From Escherichia phage KIT01: a stretch of DNA of 64,000 nucleotides. The stretch lies in the sequence record AP019521.1. One strand, 5' to 3'. The notes beneath the pieces were generated by a model that saw only the letters and a program-made list of their open reading frames with translations, ran no database searches and was not told the origin of the DNA. The position numbers and the translations under genes are program-made. How positions within the stretch are numbered: the stretch's first letter is position 1; each line of letters starts with the position of its first letter. Positions 41,779 through 51,325 of the stretch are shown here, in pieces.

Positions 41779-43059
41779 ATGGCTAAAATTAACGACCTTT
41801 TAAAAGAGTCGACCATTACTTCGAGTTCTTCGATTGGTCGTCCAAATTTAGTAGCTTTAACCAGAGCTACGACCAAACTTGTTTATACCGACCTTGTAGC
41901 TCAGCAGCGTACTAACCAACCTTTGGCTGCTCTATATGGTATCAAATATCTTACAGAAAAAGACGAATTATCTTTCCAGACGGGTGCTACTTATTCCGGC
42001 GCAGTATCCGCTAAAGACCGTGCCACTATCCCAGTTTTCACTGCAGGCGCTGTTTATGCTAAAGATGATTTGTTCCAATTTGAAAACGTAGTTTATAAAG
42101 CTTTGGTAGCAAGCCCATTTGCCGGTGCTACTGGTGATGAATACGAACAACTTCAAGAAGCTATTGTTAAGTTGACTATCCGTATTATGTCCGAAGCCGC
42201 ACTGACTGAGCGTTTTGAAGGTCCTCAAGAAGTAGATATCTCTGAAGCCAGATTCATCGTTAATAAATGGAACGCCCCGGTTAAATCACGTAAGTTGAAG
42301 AGTACTGTTACCGTAGAACTGGCTCAAGACCTCGAAGCAAATGGTTTCGATGCCCCTAATTTCTTGGAAGACCTCCTGGCTACTGAAATGGCTGATGAAA
42401 TCAACAAAGATATTCTTCAGTCCCTGGTTACGGTTTCCAAGCGTTATAAAGTTGAAGGTTTGTGTGATGATGGCTTAATTGACCTGAGTTATGCTAACTC
42501 ACCGGAAGCTTCTCGCAAGCTTTATGAATTGGTGTGTGAAATGGTTTCTCATATCCAGCGCGCAACCTCTTATACGGCAACTTATGTAGTAGCGAGTACT
42601 CGTGTAGCTGCTGTTCTGGCTGGTTCCGGATGGTTGAGACATACCCCACAGAACGACAAATATCTTTCTGCAAGTGCATACGGATTCCTGGAAAATGGTT
42701 TGCCTCTGTATTGTGATACCAACACGCCGATTGATTATGTTACTGTAGGTGTTAAAGAGGAATTTGGTGGGAAGGAAGCGGTAGGTTCTCTGTTCTATGC
42801 ACCGTATACCGAAGGCCTTGATTTGGCTGACCCTGAACATGTGGGTACATTTAAAGTGGTCGTTGACCCTGAAAGCCTGCAACCATCTATTGCATTAATG
42901 GTTCGTTATGCACTGGCTGCCAACCCTTATACGGTTACTGCTGATGATAAACAAGCCCGTATTATTGATGCGACTAATATGGATTTGATGGCGGGACGTT
43001 CTGATATGTCCGTATTGCTTGGTGTGAAACTTCCTAAAGTTTTGACTGAATTAAACTAA
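41779..43059 (+). CDS. 24: gp24 head vertex protein
   Basis: 426 aa (T4 427); gp23-like fold motifs; late promoter 41752-41759. Confidence 0.95.
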   Translation: MAKINDLLKESTITSSSSIGRPNLVALTRATTKLVYTDLVAQQRTNQPLAALYGIKYLTEKDELSFQTGATYSGAVSAKDRATIPVFTAGAVYAKDDLFQFENVVYKALVASPFAGATGDEYEQLQEAIVKLTIRIMSEAALTERFEGPQEVDISEARFIVNKWNAPVKSRKLKSTVTVELAQDLEANGFDAPNFLEDLLATEMADEINKDILQSLVTVSKRYKVEGLCDDGLIDLSYANSPEASRKLYELVCEMVSHIQRATSYTATYVVASTRVAAVLAGSGWLRHTPQNDKYLSASAYGFLENGLPLYCDTNTPIDYVTVGVKEEFGGKEAVGSLFYAPYTEGLDLADPEHVGTFKVVVDPESLQPSIALMVRYALAANPYTVTADDKQARIIDATNMDLMAGRSDMSVLLGVKLPKVLTELN

Positions 43060-43060
43060 C

Positions 43061-43087
43061 AAAAAAGGGACCTTACGGTCCCTTTAT
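43061..43087. terminator. bidirectional terminator between convergent gp24 and rnlB
   Basis: aaaaaa-gggacc-TTAC-ggtccc-ttt, A-tract and T-tract on either side. Confidence 0.7.
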
Positions 43088-43090
43088 CAT

Positions 43091-44098
43091 TTATTTGGAT
43101 ACTAATTCAATCCATACGGCTCGTAAGGTATCTTTTACGCACTCAACAAGCTGCTTTTTAACTTCAACAGGATTTTCTGCGTCGGTTAATTCTAATTCTT
43201 CACGGGCAGCTTCTTCAAGGATATCCTGGACTGTCAAGCCCATTACCTTTCCAAAATCCTTCGGCGATACTTCACCAATCTTACTGATGACATTGTTAAT
43301 GCGGTTAACAGTCACATAATCAGTGAATTGCCACATCAAATCCATATCATCTTGGGATAAAACCACTGCAACTTTAATAGGCTTATCAGACTTTTTCTTC
43401 TCGCTGAATTTAGAGTTCTTACATTTAATCGCTACACGATTTCCATTAGGAAGCCAGGTAGGAACATCAGGTTTCAGTACAAAGCCTTCAGCCGTGAATA
43501 CTTTACCTTCTACCTTAGGAATAAAGTCTGTCGAGTTTGCAATAGTTAAGCCAGCGTTATCCACTGCAAAATTATAATCGGGAACAACCGAATCAAAATC
43601 ATTAGGAAGTTTAATAAGGTCTTCAAAGCTACCAGTGGCCAGACATGGAGCTACCTTAAACTTATGAATAATACAGAAGGCTTCCATCAATGTATCGGTT
43701 AGAACAGATTCAGTACCGTCTTCCTTAGTAACTCGGATATCAAACACATAAAAGTCTTTATCACCGTAGTCCACATTCTTCTGAATACCTGTCCCAGCGA
43801 ATTCGCCATAAATCTGGTACGACTGGTAATTAATCGATTCAATTAGTTGTTGAACGGATTTAATAGAATCAGCATAGTTCTTAAGTACAATTTCATAACC
43901 ATAGAAATCTTCAGCAGGGAGAATTGGGCCAGTGCGCTTGGCGCATGTGACTGCGTCACGTTCTATGATTAAACTAAAGTTGGTTCCATGAATCTTCTCA
44001 CGTGCTACCCATTCACCGCCAGTCAAACCATTAGTACGGAGTTTTTCGATAAACTTATTGTTGTAGTGGTTTTCGAGACTGCTATATTTCTTGAACAT
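43091..44098 (-). CDS. rnlB: RNA ligase 2
   Basis: 335 aa; [54 protein letters not shown] nearly identical to recalled T4 Rnl2. Confidence 0.95.
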   Translation of the reverse strand: MFKKYSSLENHYNNKFIEKLRTNGLTGGEWVAREKIHGTNFSLIIERDAVTCAKRTGPILPAEDFYGYEIVLKNYADSIKSVQQLIESINYQSYQIYGEFAGTGIQKNVDYGDKDFYVFDIRVTKEDGTESVLTDTLMEAFCIIHKFKVAPCLATGSFEDLIKLPNDFDSVVPDYNFAVDNAGLTIANSTDFIPKVEGKVFTAEGFVLKPDVPTWLPNGNRVAIKCKNSKFSEKKKSDKPIKVAVVLSQDDMDLMWQFTDYVTVNRINNVISKIGEVSPKDFGKVMGLTVQDILEEAAREELELTDAENPVEVKKQLVECVKDTLRAVWIELVSK

Positions 44099-44185
44099 AA
44101 ATCACCATAATAAATATAATTAAATAGAAGAGCTAGTAATCTTCTGTCACCAAGCCAAATGGTTTAACGGAAGGACCTAGACCCA

Positions 44186-44213
44186 TTATAACACATCTAA
44201 ATTTAAAGCATAT
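44186..44213 (-). promoter_or_regulatory. middle-type promoter candidate (MotA-box-like TGCTTTA plus extended -10 TGTTATAAT) upstream of rnlB
   Basis: minus strand aaTGCTTTA-N13-TATAAT, about 90 nt before rnlB ATG. Confidence 0.4.
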
Positions 44214-44434
44214 TACTTTGAACTAGAACGCGCTTTGCGCCGAACCTTGTTGTTCAATCTTTTACGATAAACAACCTTTTCTTTCGATTTAAACTTGGCC
44301 TTGGCTTGTTCCACATCAACCCATGCTTTGGCCATGTCCTTAGCGGTACCACCTAATTTTTTAGCAATTTCTATAAAATTCAGTCCAGATTCGTGTAAAA
44401 AATGTACTTTAACCTTATCCATAACAATTCTCAT
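44213..44434 (-). CDS. small basic protein, possible helix-turn-helix
   Basis: 73 aa; GLNFIEIAKKLGGTAKDMAKAW then Lys/Arg-rich tail; early-type promoter upstream; no clear RBS. Confidence 0.35.
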   Translation of the reverse strand: MRIVMDKVKVHFLHESGLNFIEIAKKLGGTAKDMAKAWVDVEQAKAKFKSKEKVVYRKRLNNKVRRKARSSSK

Positions 44435-44491
44435 ATTAAGTGCGTAAATCTATACTACCATGAGAATTTTAACTTGTAAACAGGAAATTTT

Positions 44492-46054
44492 ATGGCACAA
44501 ACTACCGGTGAAAAAGAAGGCGTATTTTACGGTTATTCTCTTTATGATTTGAATAAAGAAAAACTAATAACCTTTGACGAATTACTTACAGGTATTAAAG
44601 GCGACGCTGGGGAAAATGGTGATATCGGTCCTCAAGGTCCTATTGGTTTACCTGGCCCGCAAGGTATCCAAGGTGAAGTTGGGCCTAAAGGTCCTAAAGG
44701 CGATATCGGTCTTCAGGGTATAGCAGGGCCTGCTGGTCCTCAAGGTCCACAAGGTGAACGAGGAATACAGGGCTTAACAGGACCACAAGGCCAAATAGGT
44801 ATTGCAGGGCCACAAGGCGTCAAAGGTGATACCGGTCCTCAAGGTCCTGTCGGCCCACAAGGTCCAGCAGGTGTACAAGGCGTACAAGGCGTCAAAGGTG
44901 ATACAGGTCCAGCAGGCCCTGCAGGTTTAACTTGGAAAGGAACTTGGGACTCAGCTACGGAGTATTCAATAAATGAAGCCGTAGGATATGGAGGTTCTTT
45001 GTATTTTGCTACAGAAACCGTGCCTGTCGGCGAAATCCCATCTTTAGCCTCCGACTATTGGGAAGTTTTGGCTACCGAAGGTCCAGAAGGTCCTCAAGGA
45101 CCACAAGGCATTCAGGGACCTATGGGTCCTCAGGGTATTCAAGGTCCTTTGGGTCCTGTAGGCCCGCAAGGTATCCAAGGACCAAGAGGCTTACAAGGAC
45201 CTGAAGGCGAAATAGGACCTCGTGGTTTGCAGGGGTTAAAAGGTGAAACAGGTGCTCAAGGACCGCAGGGCATTCAAGGGCTTAAAGGCGAGCCAGGGGC
45301 CCAGGGACCTGATGGTATTGGTTTAACTGGGCCTCAAGGACCAATTGGCCTTACAGGTCCAGCGGGCCCTCAGGGTATAAGAGGAGCCATAGGACCTAAA
45401 GGTGATACAGGTTTAACTGGTGCCCAAGGCGAGCAAGGTGCCCCAGGTGTTAAAGGTGATACCGGTCCTCAAGGATTACAAGGGGTTAAGGGAGATAAAG
45501 GGGATAAAGGAGATACTGGTGCCCAAGGATTACAAGGGGTTAAAGGAGATAAAGGAGACAAAGGAGATACCGCGCCTCATAATAAAGTATACTATTTAGG
45601 ACAAACCCCATGGTTCCACAACTCGTATGCTAAACATCAACTTCCAGGAACCAATGATTGGCGGATTACTGTAACAGGTACAACCAACTTTGAATCCTAT
45701 TCATCAGGTAACGTTAGAATAGGATTTTTTAATAATACTTCTGCATCCAGATCATGCACGTTTACATTGATTTCTTATGATGCTAACGGCTCACAGAAAA
45801 ATACAAAATACAATACTGTGCATAATGTTATGGTTCAAAGTTCTTATTATAAATTCTGGGGTGATAATGCCGATTCATTTATTATAGGCGGCACTTCTAA
45901 TATATGTGAAGGGTTTTTTACTGATAATGCCACCAATAAAACCTATCATATAAAATTTATAGGATTGGTCAAAGCCACAGCTACGGTACCAGGCAAATAT
46001 GTTCTTGAAGTTGAAGAGATTATTTCTGGTGGCGAACCTGTAAAATATTATTAA
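44492..46054 (+). CDS. collagen-like (Gly-X-Y repeat) protein with C-terminal globular domain
   Basis: 520 aa; two collagenous segments, each about 40 G-X-Y triplets ([13 protein letters not shown]..., [13 protein letters not shown]...), separated by a non-collagenous segment; about 160-aa Gly-free C-terminal domain. Confidence 0.85.
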   Translation: MAQTTGEKEGVFYGYSLYDLNKEKLITFDELLTGIKGDAGENGDIGPQGPIGLPGPQGIQGEVGPKGPKGDIGLQGIAGPAGPQGPQGERGIQGLTGPQGQIGIAGPQGVKGDTGPQGPVGPQGPAGVQGVQGVKGDTGPAGPAGLTWKGTWDSATEYSINEAVGYGGSLYFATETVPVGEIPSLASDYWEVLATEGPEGPQGPQGIQGPMGPQGIQGPLGPVGPQGIQGPRGLQGPEGEIGPRGLQGLKGETGAQGPQGIQGLKGEPGAQGPDGIGLTGPQGPIGLTGPAGPQGIRGAIGPKGDTGLTGAQGEQGAPGVKGDTGPQGLQGVKGDKGDKGDTGAQGLQGVKGDKGDKGDTAPHNKVYYLGQTPWFHNSYAKHQLPGTNDWRITVTGTTNFESYSSGNVRIGFFNNTSASRSCTFTLISYDANGSQKNTKYNTVHNVMVQSSYYKFWGDNADSFIIGGTSNICEGFFTDNATNKTYHIKFIGLVKATATVPGKYVLEVEEIISGGEPVKYY

Positions 46055-46064
46055 TGGAGGTTGA

Positions 46065-46928
46065 ATGGAACCGGTACAAGCTATATTAGAGCCTGGCGTA
46101 ATAGATGTAGAATATGGTAATACTTATTCAGCAACAGTAACTCTAACTCCTATAGAAAATATCCCAGATGGTTCCGTGATAAGATATGATTGGGTTGTTA
46201 ATAACAAGTTTGTTGGTACGGGTGAAGCTACTCGTACCACCCAACCATCTCAGACCGGAAATTATGTGTTATCATGTAGAGTATTCATTACCCCGCCTAA
46301 TGAAAATACTGTAATGATAACAACTAATAAATCATATGGGTATGTATATAAAAATTCTGATACAAGTCCAGTAGATGCAGAAATATTATACGATAATAAA
46401 ATATACCAAATAGGGAGCAAAGTTAGATTATTAGCTACGGCTAATAACCCCGATACTAACTATGTTAAAGGTATTATATGGAAGGATGCTGACGGGAATA
46501 TAATAGGTATAGGGCGGGAATATATCCATACAATGCAATCTGAATATGATATAGTTCGTGCTAAAGTCACAATGGATTCGCCTACTAGAGATGAATTCAG
46601 TAAGAACTTTACCATACATTTATATGCTATAAATGTTCAAGAAGGAACTTGTATAAGATACATTCATCCTTTAGACCATCGGGATGCTGGATTTATCTGG
46701 TGCGGATGGTGGGTTATGGATGAAGTTCAACGAGCAGTAAAACTTGGATTGGATTGGAAAAATCCTGAAGGAACTGAGTTAAATTATAAATGTGATTTAG
46801 AAACACTGTCATTATTGCTCAAAACATATCCTGAAGCTGAAGTTCAGGAATCAAGGCACGGGCATATAATAACCAGACCGCAAATTGAGTCCGGTGAAAT
46901 ATATGAAAAGCCATATGAAGTAAAATAA
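46065..46928 (+). CDS. Hoc-like protein (paralog): Ig-like N-terminal region plus Hoc-type capsid-binding C-terminal domain
   Basis: 287 aa; C-terminus YIHPL..FIWCGWWVMDEVQ..DWK..YPEAEVQESRHGHII matches Hoc C-terminus YVHPL..YIWCGWWVMDEIQ..DWK..YPEVDVQESRNGYIV in the same window. Confidence 0.8.
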   Translation: MEPVQAILEPGVIDVEYGNTYSATVTLTPIENIPDGSVIRYDWVVNNKFVGTGEATRTTQPSQTGNYVLSCRVFITPPNENTVMITTNKSYGYVYKNSDTSPVDAEILYDNKIYQIGSKVRLLATANNPDTNYVKGIIWKDADGNIIGIGREYIHTMQSEYDIVRAKVTMDSPTRDEFSKNFTIHLYAINVQEGTCIRYIHPLDHRDAGFIWCGWWVMDEVQRAVKLGLDWKNPEGTELNYKCDLETLSLLLKTYPEAEVQESRHGHIITRPQIESGEIYEKPYEVK

Positions 46929-46954
46929 AAAAGGGACCTTACGGTCCCTTTTAT
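46926..46954. terminator. bidirectional terminator between convergent Hoc-like gene and hoc (identical hairpin to 43061-43087)
   Basis: aaaaaa-gggacc-TTAC-ggtccc-tttt. Confidence 0.7.
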
Positions 46955-48085
46955 TTATGGATAGAAATAAATTATTCCTGCCTCCAATGAGGTTTTGTGT
47001 ACGATATATCCATTACGAGATTCTTGTACATCAACCTCTGGATAGTCGGTAATCATTTTTTGAAGTGTATATCGGTGCAAATAATACGGGCTATCCGGGT
47101 CATCGGTTTTCCAGTCTTTGCCTTCAAGAGTCATTTTCTGGATTTCATCCATAACCCACCATCCACACCAGATATAAGCTGAATTGCGAACTGGCAATGG
47201 ATGTACATAAGGTAATTCACCATCTGGAACTGGTGCGACTTTAGCCGTGACTGTCACATTACCGGTTTTGGTAACGGTCGCAGGGTTATAATCAGTCGCC
47301 GAAACCACAACAGAAACTTCAATAACCTGTGAACCTTCAGTGTTTGTATCGATTGCTAGAGTATCTGTGGTACCAGCAATACCAATGCCATCTTTCTTCC
47401 AAGAATAAGCAAAAGTGGCACCACTAGGCGCACCTGCTACGGTAGCTTTAAAAGAAGCCGGAGTTCCTTCAGGTACATTAATAGAGGCTGGCGTTAAATT
47501 AACAGAAACCCCAGACATTGTTTTCTTAACAAAAGAAACCGTTATGCCTTTAGCAGCAGTTGCTGAACCGTATTCCGGAGAGGTAACAGTAACTTCACAA
47601 TTCAAGGTATAATTTGCTTCGGCTGCTTCAGTTAGTGTAATAGTTTTAGAGGTTTGGCCTGAAATTACGGTGGTATTTCGTTTCCAAACATAATTAATTG
47701 TTGCATCAGCAGGAGCACCGGTTACATTAGCCGTAACAACTTGGGATTGGCCGACTTCTTTAGAAACGGAAGTAGGGTCCAAAGCCAAAGAGATATCCAT
47801 AGTTTTATTAGATACGGTAACTTCAAAGGTGTCTTCGGCTGTCTCAAGAGGGCCCGCATCGCCAGGGTCAGAAGTTACTACTACTTTTATAACTTTCTTA
47901 CCCGCAGGAGCAGCACCCGTATATCTCAAAACATTAGTGGTTTCTGGGTTAGCAGCTCCATCAACGGTCCATACATATGCAATGGTTCCCCCTGTTACAA
48001 CTGGGTCGGTTGCGGTAGCAGTGTAATTAGCGCTTTCGCCTATTTTCATAGACGCTGCGCCGGCTATACTTACAGTAAAGGCCAT
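46955..48085 (-). CDS. hoc: Hoc highly immunogenic outer capsid protein
   Basis: 376 aa (T4 376); Ig-like repeats; C-terminal GNVTVTAKVAP..GELPYVHPLP..IWCGWWVMDEIQKMT.EGKDWKTDDPDS matches recalled T4 Hoc. Confidence 0.95.
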   Translation of the reverse strand: MAFTVSIAGAASMKIGESANYTATATDPVVTGGTIAYVWTVDGAANPETTNVLRYTGAAPAGKKVIKVVVTSDPGDAGPLETAEDTFEVTVSNKTMDISLALDPTSVSKEVGQSQVVTANVTGAPADATINYVWKRNTTVISGQTSKTITLTEAAEANYTLNCEVTVTSPEYGSATAAKGITVSFVKKTMSGVSVNLTPASINVPEGTPASFKATVAGAPSGATFAYSWKKDGIGIAGTTDTLAIDTNTEGSQVIEVSVVVSATDYNPATVTKTGNVTVTAKVAPVPDGELPYVHPLPVRNSAYIWCGWWVMDEIQKMTLEGKDWKTDDPDSPYYLHRYTLQKMITDYPEVDVQESRNGYIVHKTSLEAGIIYFYP

Positions 48086-48094
48086 AGTTTACCC

Positions 48095-48772
48095 TTATTT
48101 TAAAGTGACAAAAGATGAATTACGCGTTTCACGTACTAATACTGAGCCATTACGATTGATGTAATAAATCAGACTGAATAATGTTTGGTGGGCTGAAGGA
48201 TGTTGGAAATCTTTAGGACGTTCTTTCCAATCAGGGGTTTCAGAAATCCATTGATAAATCCACCAAGGAACAGTACAGTAACCTGGGTTTTTACCAATAA
48301 GCAAAAGATTGGGACTAAAGTTTTCAGGGAGTTCAAATTTAGGTTTTTCTGATTCTTTAACCAAGGTTATAGCTTGATTGAATTTCTCTTCGACAAACGG
48401 GACATCCTCTTCAATAATCTCTACCTTAGGAAGTTCGGCTACCTCAACGACTTCAACAACTGCCTCAGGAGCATCGAACAACAGGGTGGCTTCTTCTTTA
48501 GCCGGTTCAGCACCATCAACAAATTCGTTAGCACCATTGAGTTCGTCGGCAGCATCAATCAAATCAGAAATAGACAAACCTTCGGTTTCCGGAAGTGGTT
48601 CGTCAGCCAAGGCTTTAAGACCTTCAGTGATATTGATAATCAAATTATCAACCGAACGGGTTTTCTTAAGTTTTAAACCGAACTGTTCACCGTATTCGAT
48701 TAACTTAGCTTTAGCTTCTTTTTTATCTTCGAGTGCACGAAGCTCTTCAATATATTGATGGTCCATAATCAT
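48095..48772 (-). CDS. inh: Inh-like protein (inhibitor of prohead protease), by position and size
   Basis: 225 aa (T4 Inh 226); immediately upstream of hoc on the same strand; minus-strand late promoter at 48801-48808. Confidence 0.55.
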   Translation of the reverse strand: MIMDHQYIEELRALEDKKEAKAKLIEYGEQFGLKLKKTRSVDNLIINITEGLKALADEPLPETEGLSISDLIDAADELNGANEFVDGAEPAKEEATLLFDAPEAVVEVVEVAELPKVEIIEEDVPFVEEKFNQAITLVKESEKPKFELPENFSPNLLLIGKNPGYCTVPWWIYQWISETPDWKERPKDFQHPSAHQTLFSLIYYINRNGSVLVRETRNSSFVTLK

Positions 48773-48786
48773 TCTCTTTTCTAGTG

Positions 48787-48808
48787 TATAAATATAACTA
48801 TATTTATA
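48787..48808. promoter_or_regulatory. divergent late promoters (plus 48787-48794 for uvsW; minus 48801-48808 for inh/hoc)
   Basis: two exact TATAAATA octamers back to back. Confidence 0.6.
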
Positions 48809-48822
48809 ACTGAGAATTACTT

Positions 48823-50319
48823 ATGCAAATTCAAGTACATTTTGATAATTTTAGTCATGTTCGTGTTGAATGCGATGAATCTACATTCTACGAACTCAGA
48901 GACTATTTTAGCTTTGAAGCTGATGGATATAAATTCAACCCTAAATTTCGTTATGGGCAATGGGATGGACGTATTCGTCTTCTAGATTATAACCGTAAAC
49001 TGCCTTATGGACTCGTCCCTCAAATTAAAAAGTTCGCTGAACAATTTGAATACTCTCTGTGGATTGACCCACGTATTCTTGAACAGGAAGATATTTCTCG
49101 TGAAGATTTTGACTCATGGGTGGCTTCTCAAGAAATTTATTCAGGGTCTACCAAGATTGAGCCGCATTGGTATCAGAATGAAGCCGTATACAACGGCCTG
49201 ACAAAACGTCGCGCAATTCTGAATTTACCTACATCCGCAGGTAAATCATTAATCCAGGCACTCCTGAGTCGATATTACGTTGAGAACTATGAAGGTAAAA
49301 TCCTCATCTTAGTTCCTACTACTGCACTTGTCGACCAGATGATTAATGACTTCATCGATTATCGTTTGTTCCCTAAAGCCGCAATGCTTGGTATTCGTTC
49401 AGGTACCGCTCGTGATTCTGATGCAATGATTTACGTTTCGACTTATCAAACTGCTATTAAGCAACCTAAAGAATGGTTTGCTCAGTTTGGTATGTTTATG
49501 AACGACGAATGCCACTTGGCTACAGGTAAATCTATTTCTACCATCATCGAAGGCCTAACCAACTGTATGTTTAAATTCGGTTTGTCTGGTTCTTTAAAAG
49601 ATGGTAAAGCTAATTTAATGCAATATATGGGTTTGTTTGGTGATGTGTTTAAGCCAGTATCCACCTCCCAGTTAATGGAAGAAGGACAGGTTACAGACCT
49701 TAAAATCAACAGTATTTTCCTTCGATACCCGGACGAATTCACCGTTAAAATGAAAGGTAAAGATTACCAATCAGAAATTAAAGTCATTACTAAGGCTACT
49801 CGTCGTAATAAATGGGTTGCTAATTTAGCTGTTAAACTCGCTAAGAAAGAAGAGAACGTATTCCTGATGTTTAAAAACATTGAACACGGTAAAACTCTTT
49901 TTGAAATGGTTAAAGAGCAACATAAAGAAGTTTATTACGTATCAGGTGAAGTTAATACCGAAACGCGTAATGCTCTGAAAGTAATGGCGGAAAATGGTAA
50001 GGGTATTATTGTTGTGGCAAGTTATGGTGTGTTCTCTACTGGTATTTCCGTTAAGAACCTTCACCACGTTGTATTTGCCCATCCAGTAAAATCTAAAATC
50101 ATTGTACTCCAGACAATTGGTCGTGTACTCCGTAAACATGCCTCTAAATCAACAGCACAGGTGTGGGATATCATCGACGACATGGGTGTTAAGCCTAAAT
50201 CAGCTACGGCTAAAAAGAAATATGTTCATTTGAACTACGCCCTCAAACACGCTTTAGAACGTATTCAACGTTATGCTGATGAGAAATTTAATTACGTAAT
50301 GAAACAGGTGGATTTATGA
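48823..50319 (+). CDS. uvsW: UvsW helicase
   Basis: 498 aa; DECH box FMNDECHLATGKS, helicase motifs LPTSAGKS and QTIGRVLR. Confidence 0.9.
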   Translation: MQIQVHFDNFSHVRVECDESTFYELRDYFSFEADGYKFNPKFRYGQWDGRIRLLDYNRKLPYGLVPQIKKFAEQFEYSLWIDPRILEQEDISREDFDSWVASQEIYSGSTKIEPHWYQNEAVYNGLTKRRAILNLPTSAGKSLIQALLSRYYVENYEGKILILVPTTALVDQMINDFIDYRLFPKAAMLGIRSGTARDSDAMIYVSTYQTAIKQPKEWFAQFGMFMNDECHLATGKSISTIIEGLTNCMFKFGLSGSLKDGKANLMQYMGLFGDVFKPVSTSQLMEEGQVTDLKINSIFLRYPDEFTVKMKGKDYQSEIKVITKATRRNKWVANLAVKLAKKEENVFLMFKNIEHGKTLFEMVKEQHKEVYYVSGEVNTETRNALKVMAENGKGIIVVASYGVFSTGISVKNLHHVVFAHPVKSKIIVLQTIGRVLRKHASKSTAQVWDIIDDMGVKPKSATAKKKYVHLNYALKHALERIQRYADEKFNYVMKQVDL

Positions 50320-50543
50320 AAACCTTTAAAGAAGTTATTCAGGAAGCATCTATTGAAAGCTTCATGGCTAAAATTGGTTCTTGTCAGACTATGGATGGTC
50401 TGAAGGAATTGGAAAAGTATTACAAAACTCGTAGTAAGGAAGCCGAACTTCGTGATTCGGACGATATTAGCGTGCGTGATGCATTGGCTGGTAAGAGAGC
50501 TGAATTGGAGTCGATGGACGACGAGGAAGAGGAAGATTTCTAA
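50316..50543 (+). CDS. uvsW.1: UvsW.1 small acidic protein
   Basis: 75 aa (T4 UvsW.1 76); overlaps uvsW stop by 4 nt. Confidence 0.7.
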   Translation: MKTFKEVIQEASIESFMAKIGSCQTMDGLKELEKYYKTRSKEAELRDSDDISVRDALAGKRAELESMDDEEEEDF

Positions 50544-50544
50544 A

Positions 50545-50573
50545 CAAAAAAGGCCCAACCTTTCGGAAGGGCC
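50545..50573 (-). terminator. terminator-like hairpin between uvsW.1 and the minus-strand small genes
   Basis: ggcccaacctttcggaagggcc preceded on plus strand by acaaaaaa (U-tract on minus strand). Confidence 0.5.
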
Positions 50574-50602
50574 AATAACCATAAATGGCTATACACACTA
50601 GA

Positions 50603-50770
50603 CTAAAGTAGTAATTGGGTTTCGTTCAGCTGTTCTTCAGTGTTTTCCGTAACTGGCAAGCTTTGAACGTAATTATAGCATGAGCCCGGATGAACCGGAC
50701 CTTTTTCTGTTTCAACAACCAATGCAGCATCGATTGGAGTTTTACAGACAACGCAAATCTTATCTGACAT
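50603..50770 (-). CDS. small Cys-containing protein (CVVC ... SC), 55 aa, absent from ORF track
   Basis: manual translation MSDKICVVCKTPIDAALVVETEKGPVHPGSCYNYVQSLPVTENTEEQLNETQLLL; AAGGAG RBS 6 nt upstream of ATG. Confidence 0.45.
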   Translation of the reverse strand: MSDKICVVCKTPIDAALVVETEKGPVHPGSCYNYVQSLPVTENTEEQLNETQLLL

Positions 50771-50893
50771 GATTGTCTCCTTAGTTTAACTTACATACCT
50801 ATTTATTACTTGCTAAAGCAGCATTAATGAATTCTTGGAGAAGTTTCATCTTATCGGCATCTACTTTAATGGGTTTGGTATTTTTAGTACGTC

Positions 50894-51325
50894 TCATTTT
50901 TCACCTGCTTCAAATTTCCTGAGCTCCAACATATTCTTTAACGAGAACCCTCTAGCTTTGACTGCATCAAGTGCTGAACTACAAAAGTCCTGTAATAAAG
51001 CCCAATACTGAATTGATGTATCGATTTTAATTACACTAGAATCCGCAGCCATAACGGTCTTTAATTCAGACTTCTCATATTGGTCCATACAAACCTCATC
51101 ACCAGGCTCTCCACGTCCCGTGTAGAAATCTAATCGCTTCTTAAGTGAGGTCTTTTTCTGGATTTCTAATCTCATTATTTCTTTCTTGCAATTCGTATAC
51201 AGCCTTAGCCATTTGCTGTGCAGCAAAACGTTGTTCTGTACTTCATATTGTAAACGAGTTCCATCAATCTTTAAATCCTCGTCTAATGCATCTTGAAACG
51301 ACTCCAACTTGTACTCAATTTCCAT
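50894..51325 (-). CDS. uvsY: UvsY recombination mediator
   Basis: 143 aa; KLQYE..NNV.L.SKWL, LDFYTGRG, FCS.ALDA.K.RGF match recalled T4 UvsY. Confidence 0.9.
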   Translation of the reverse strand: MEIEYKLESFQDALDEDLKIDGTRLQYEVQNNVLLHSKWLRLYTNCKKEIMRLEIQKKTSLKKRLDFYTGRGEPGDEVCMDQYEKSELKTVMAADSSVIKIDTSIQYWALLQDFCSSALDAVKARGFSLKNMLELRKFEAGEK

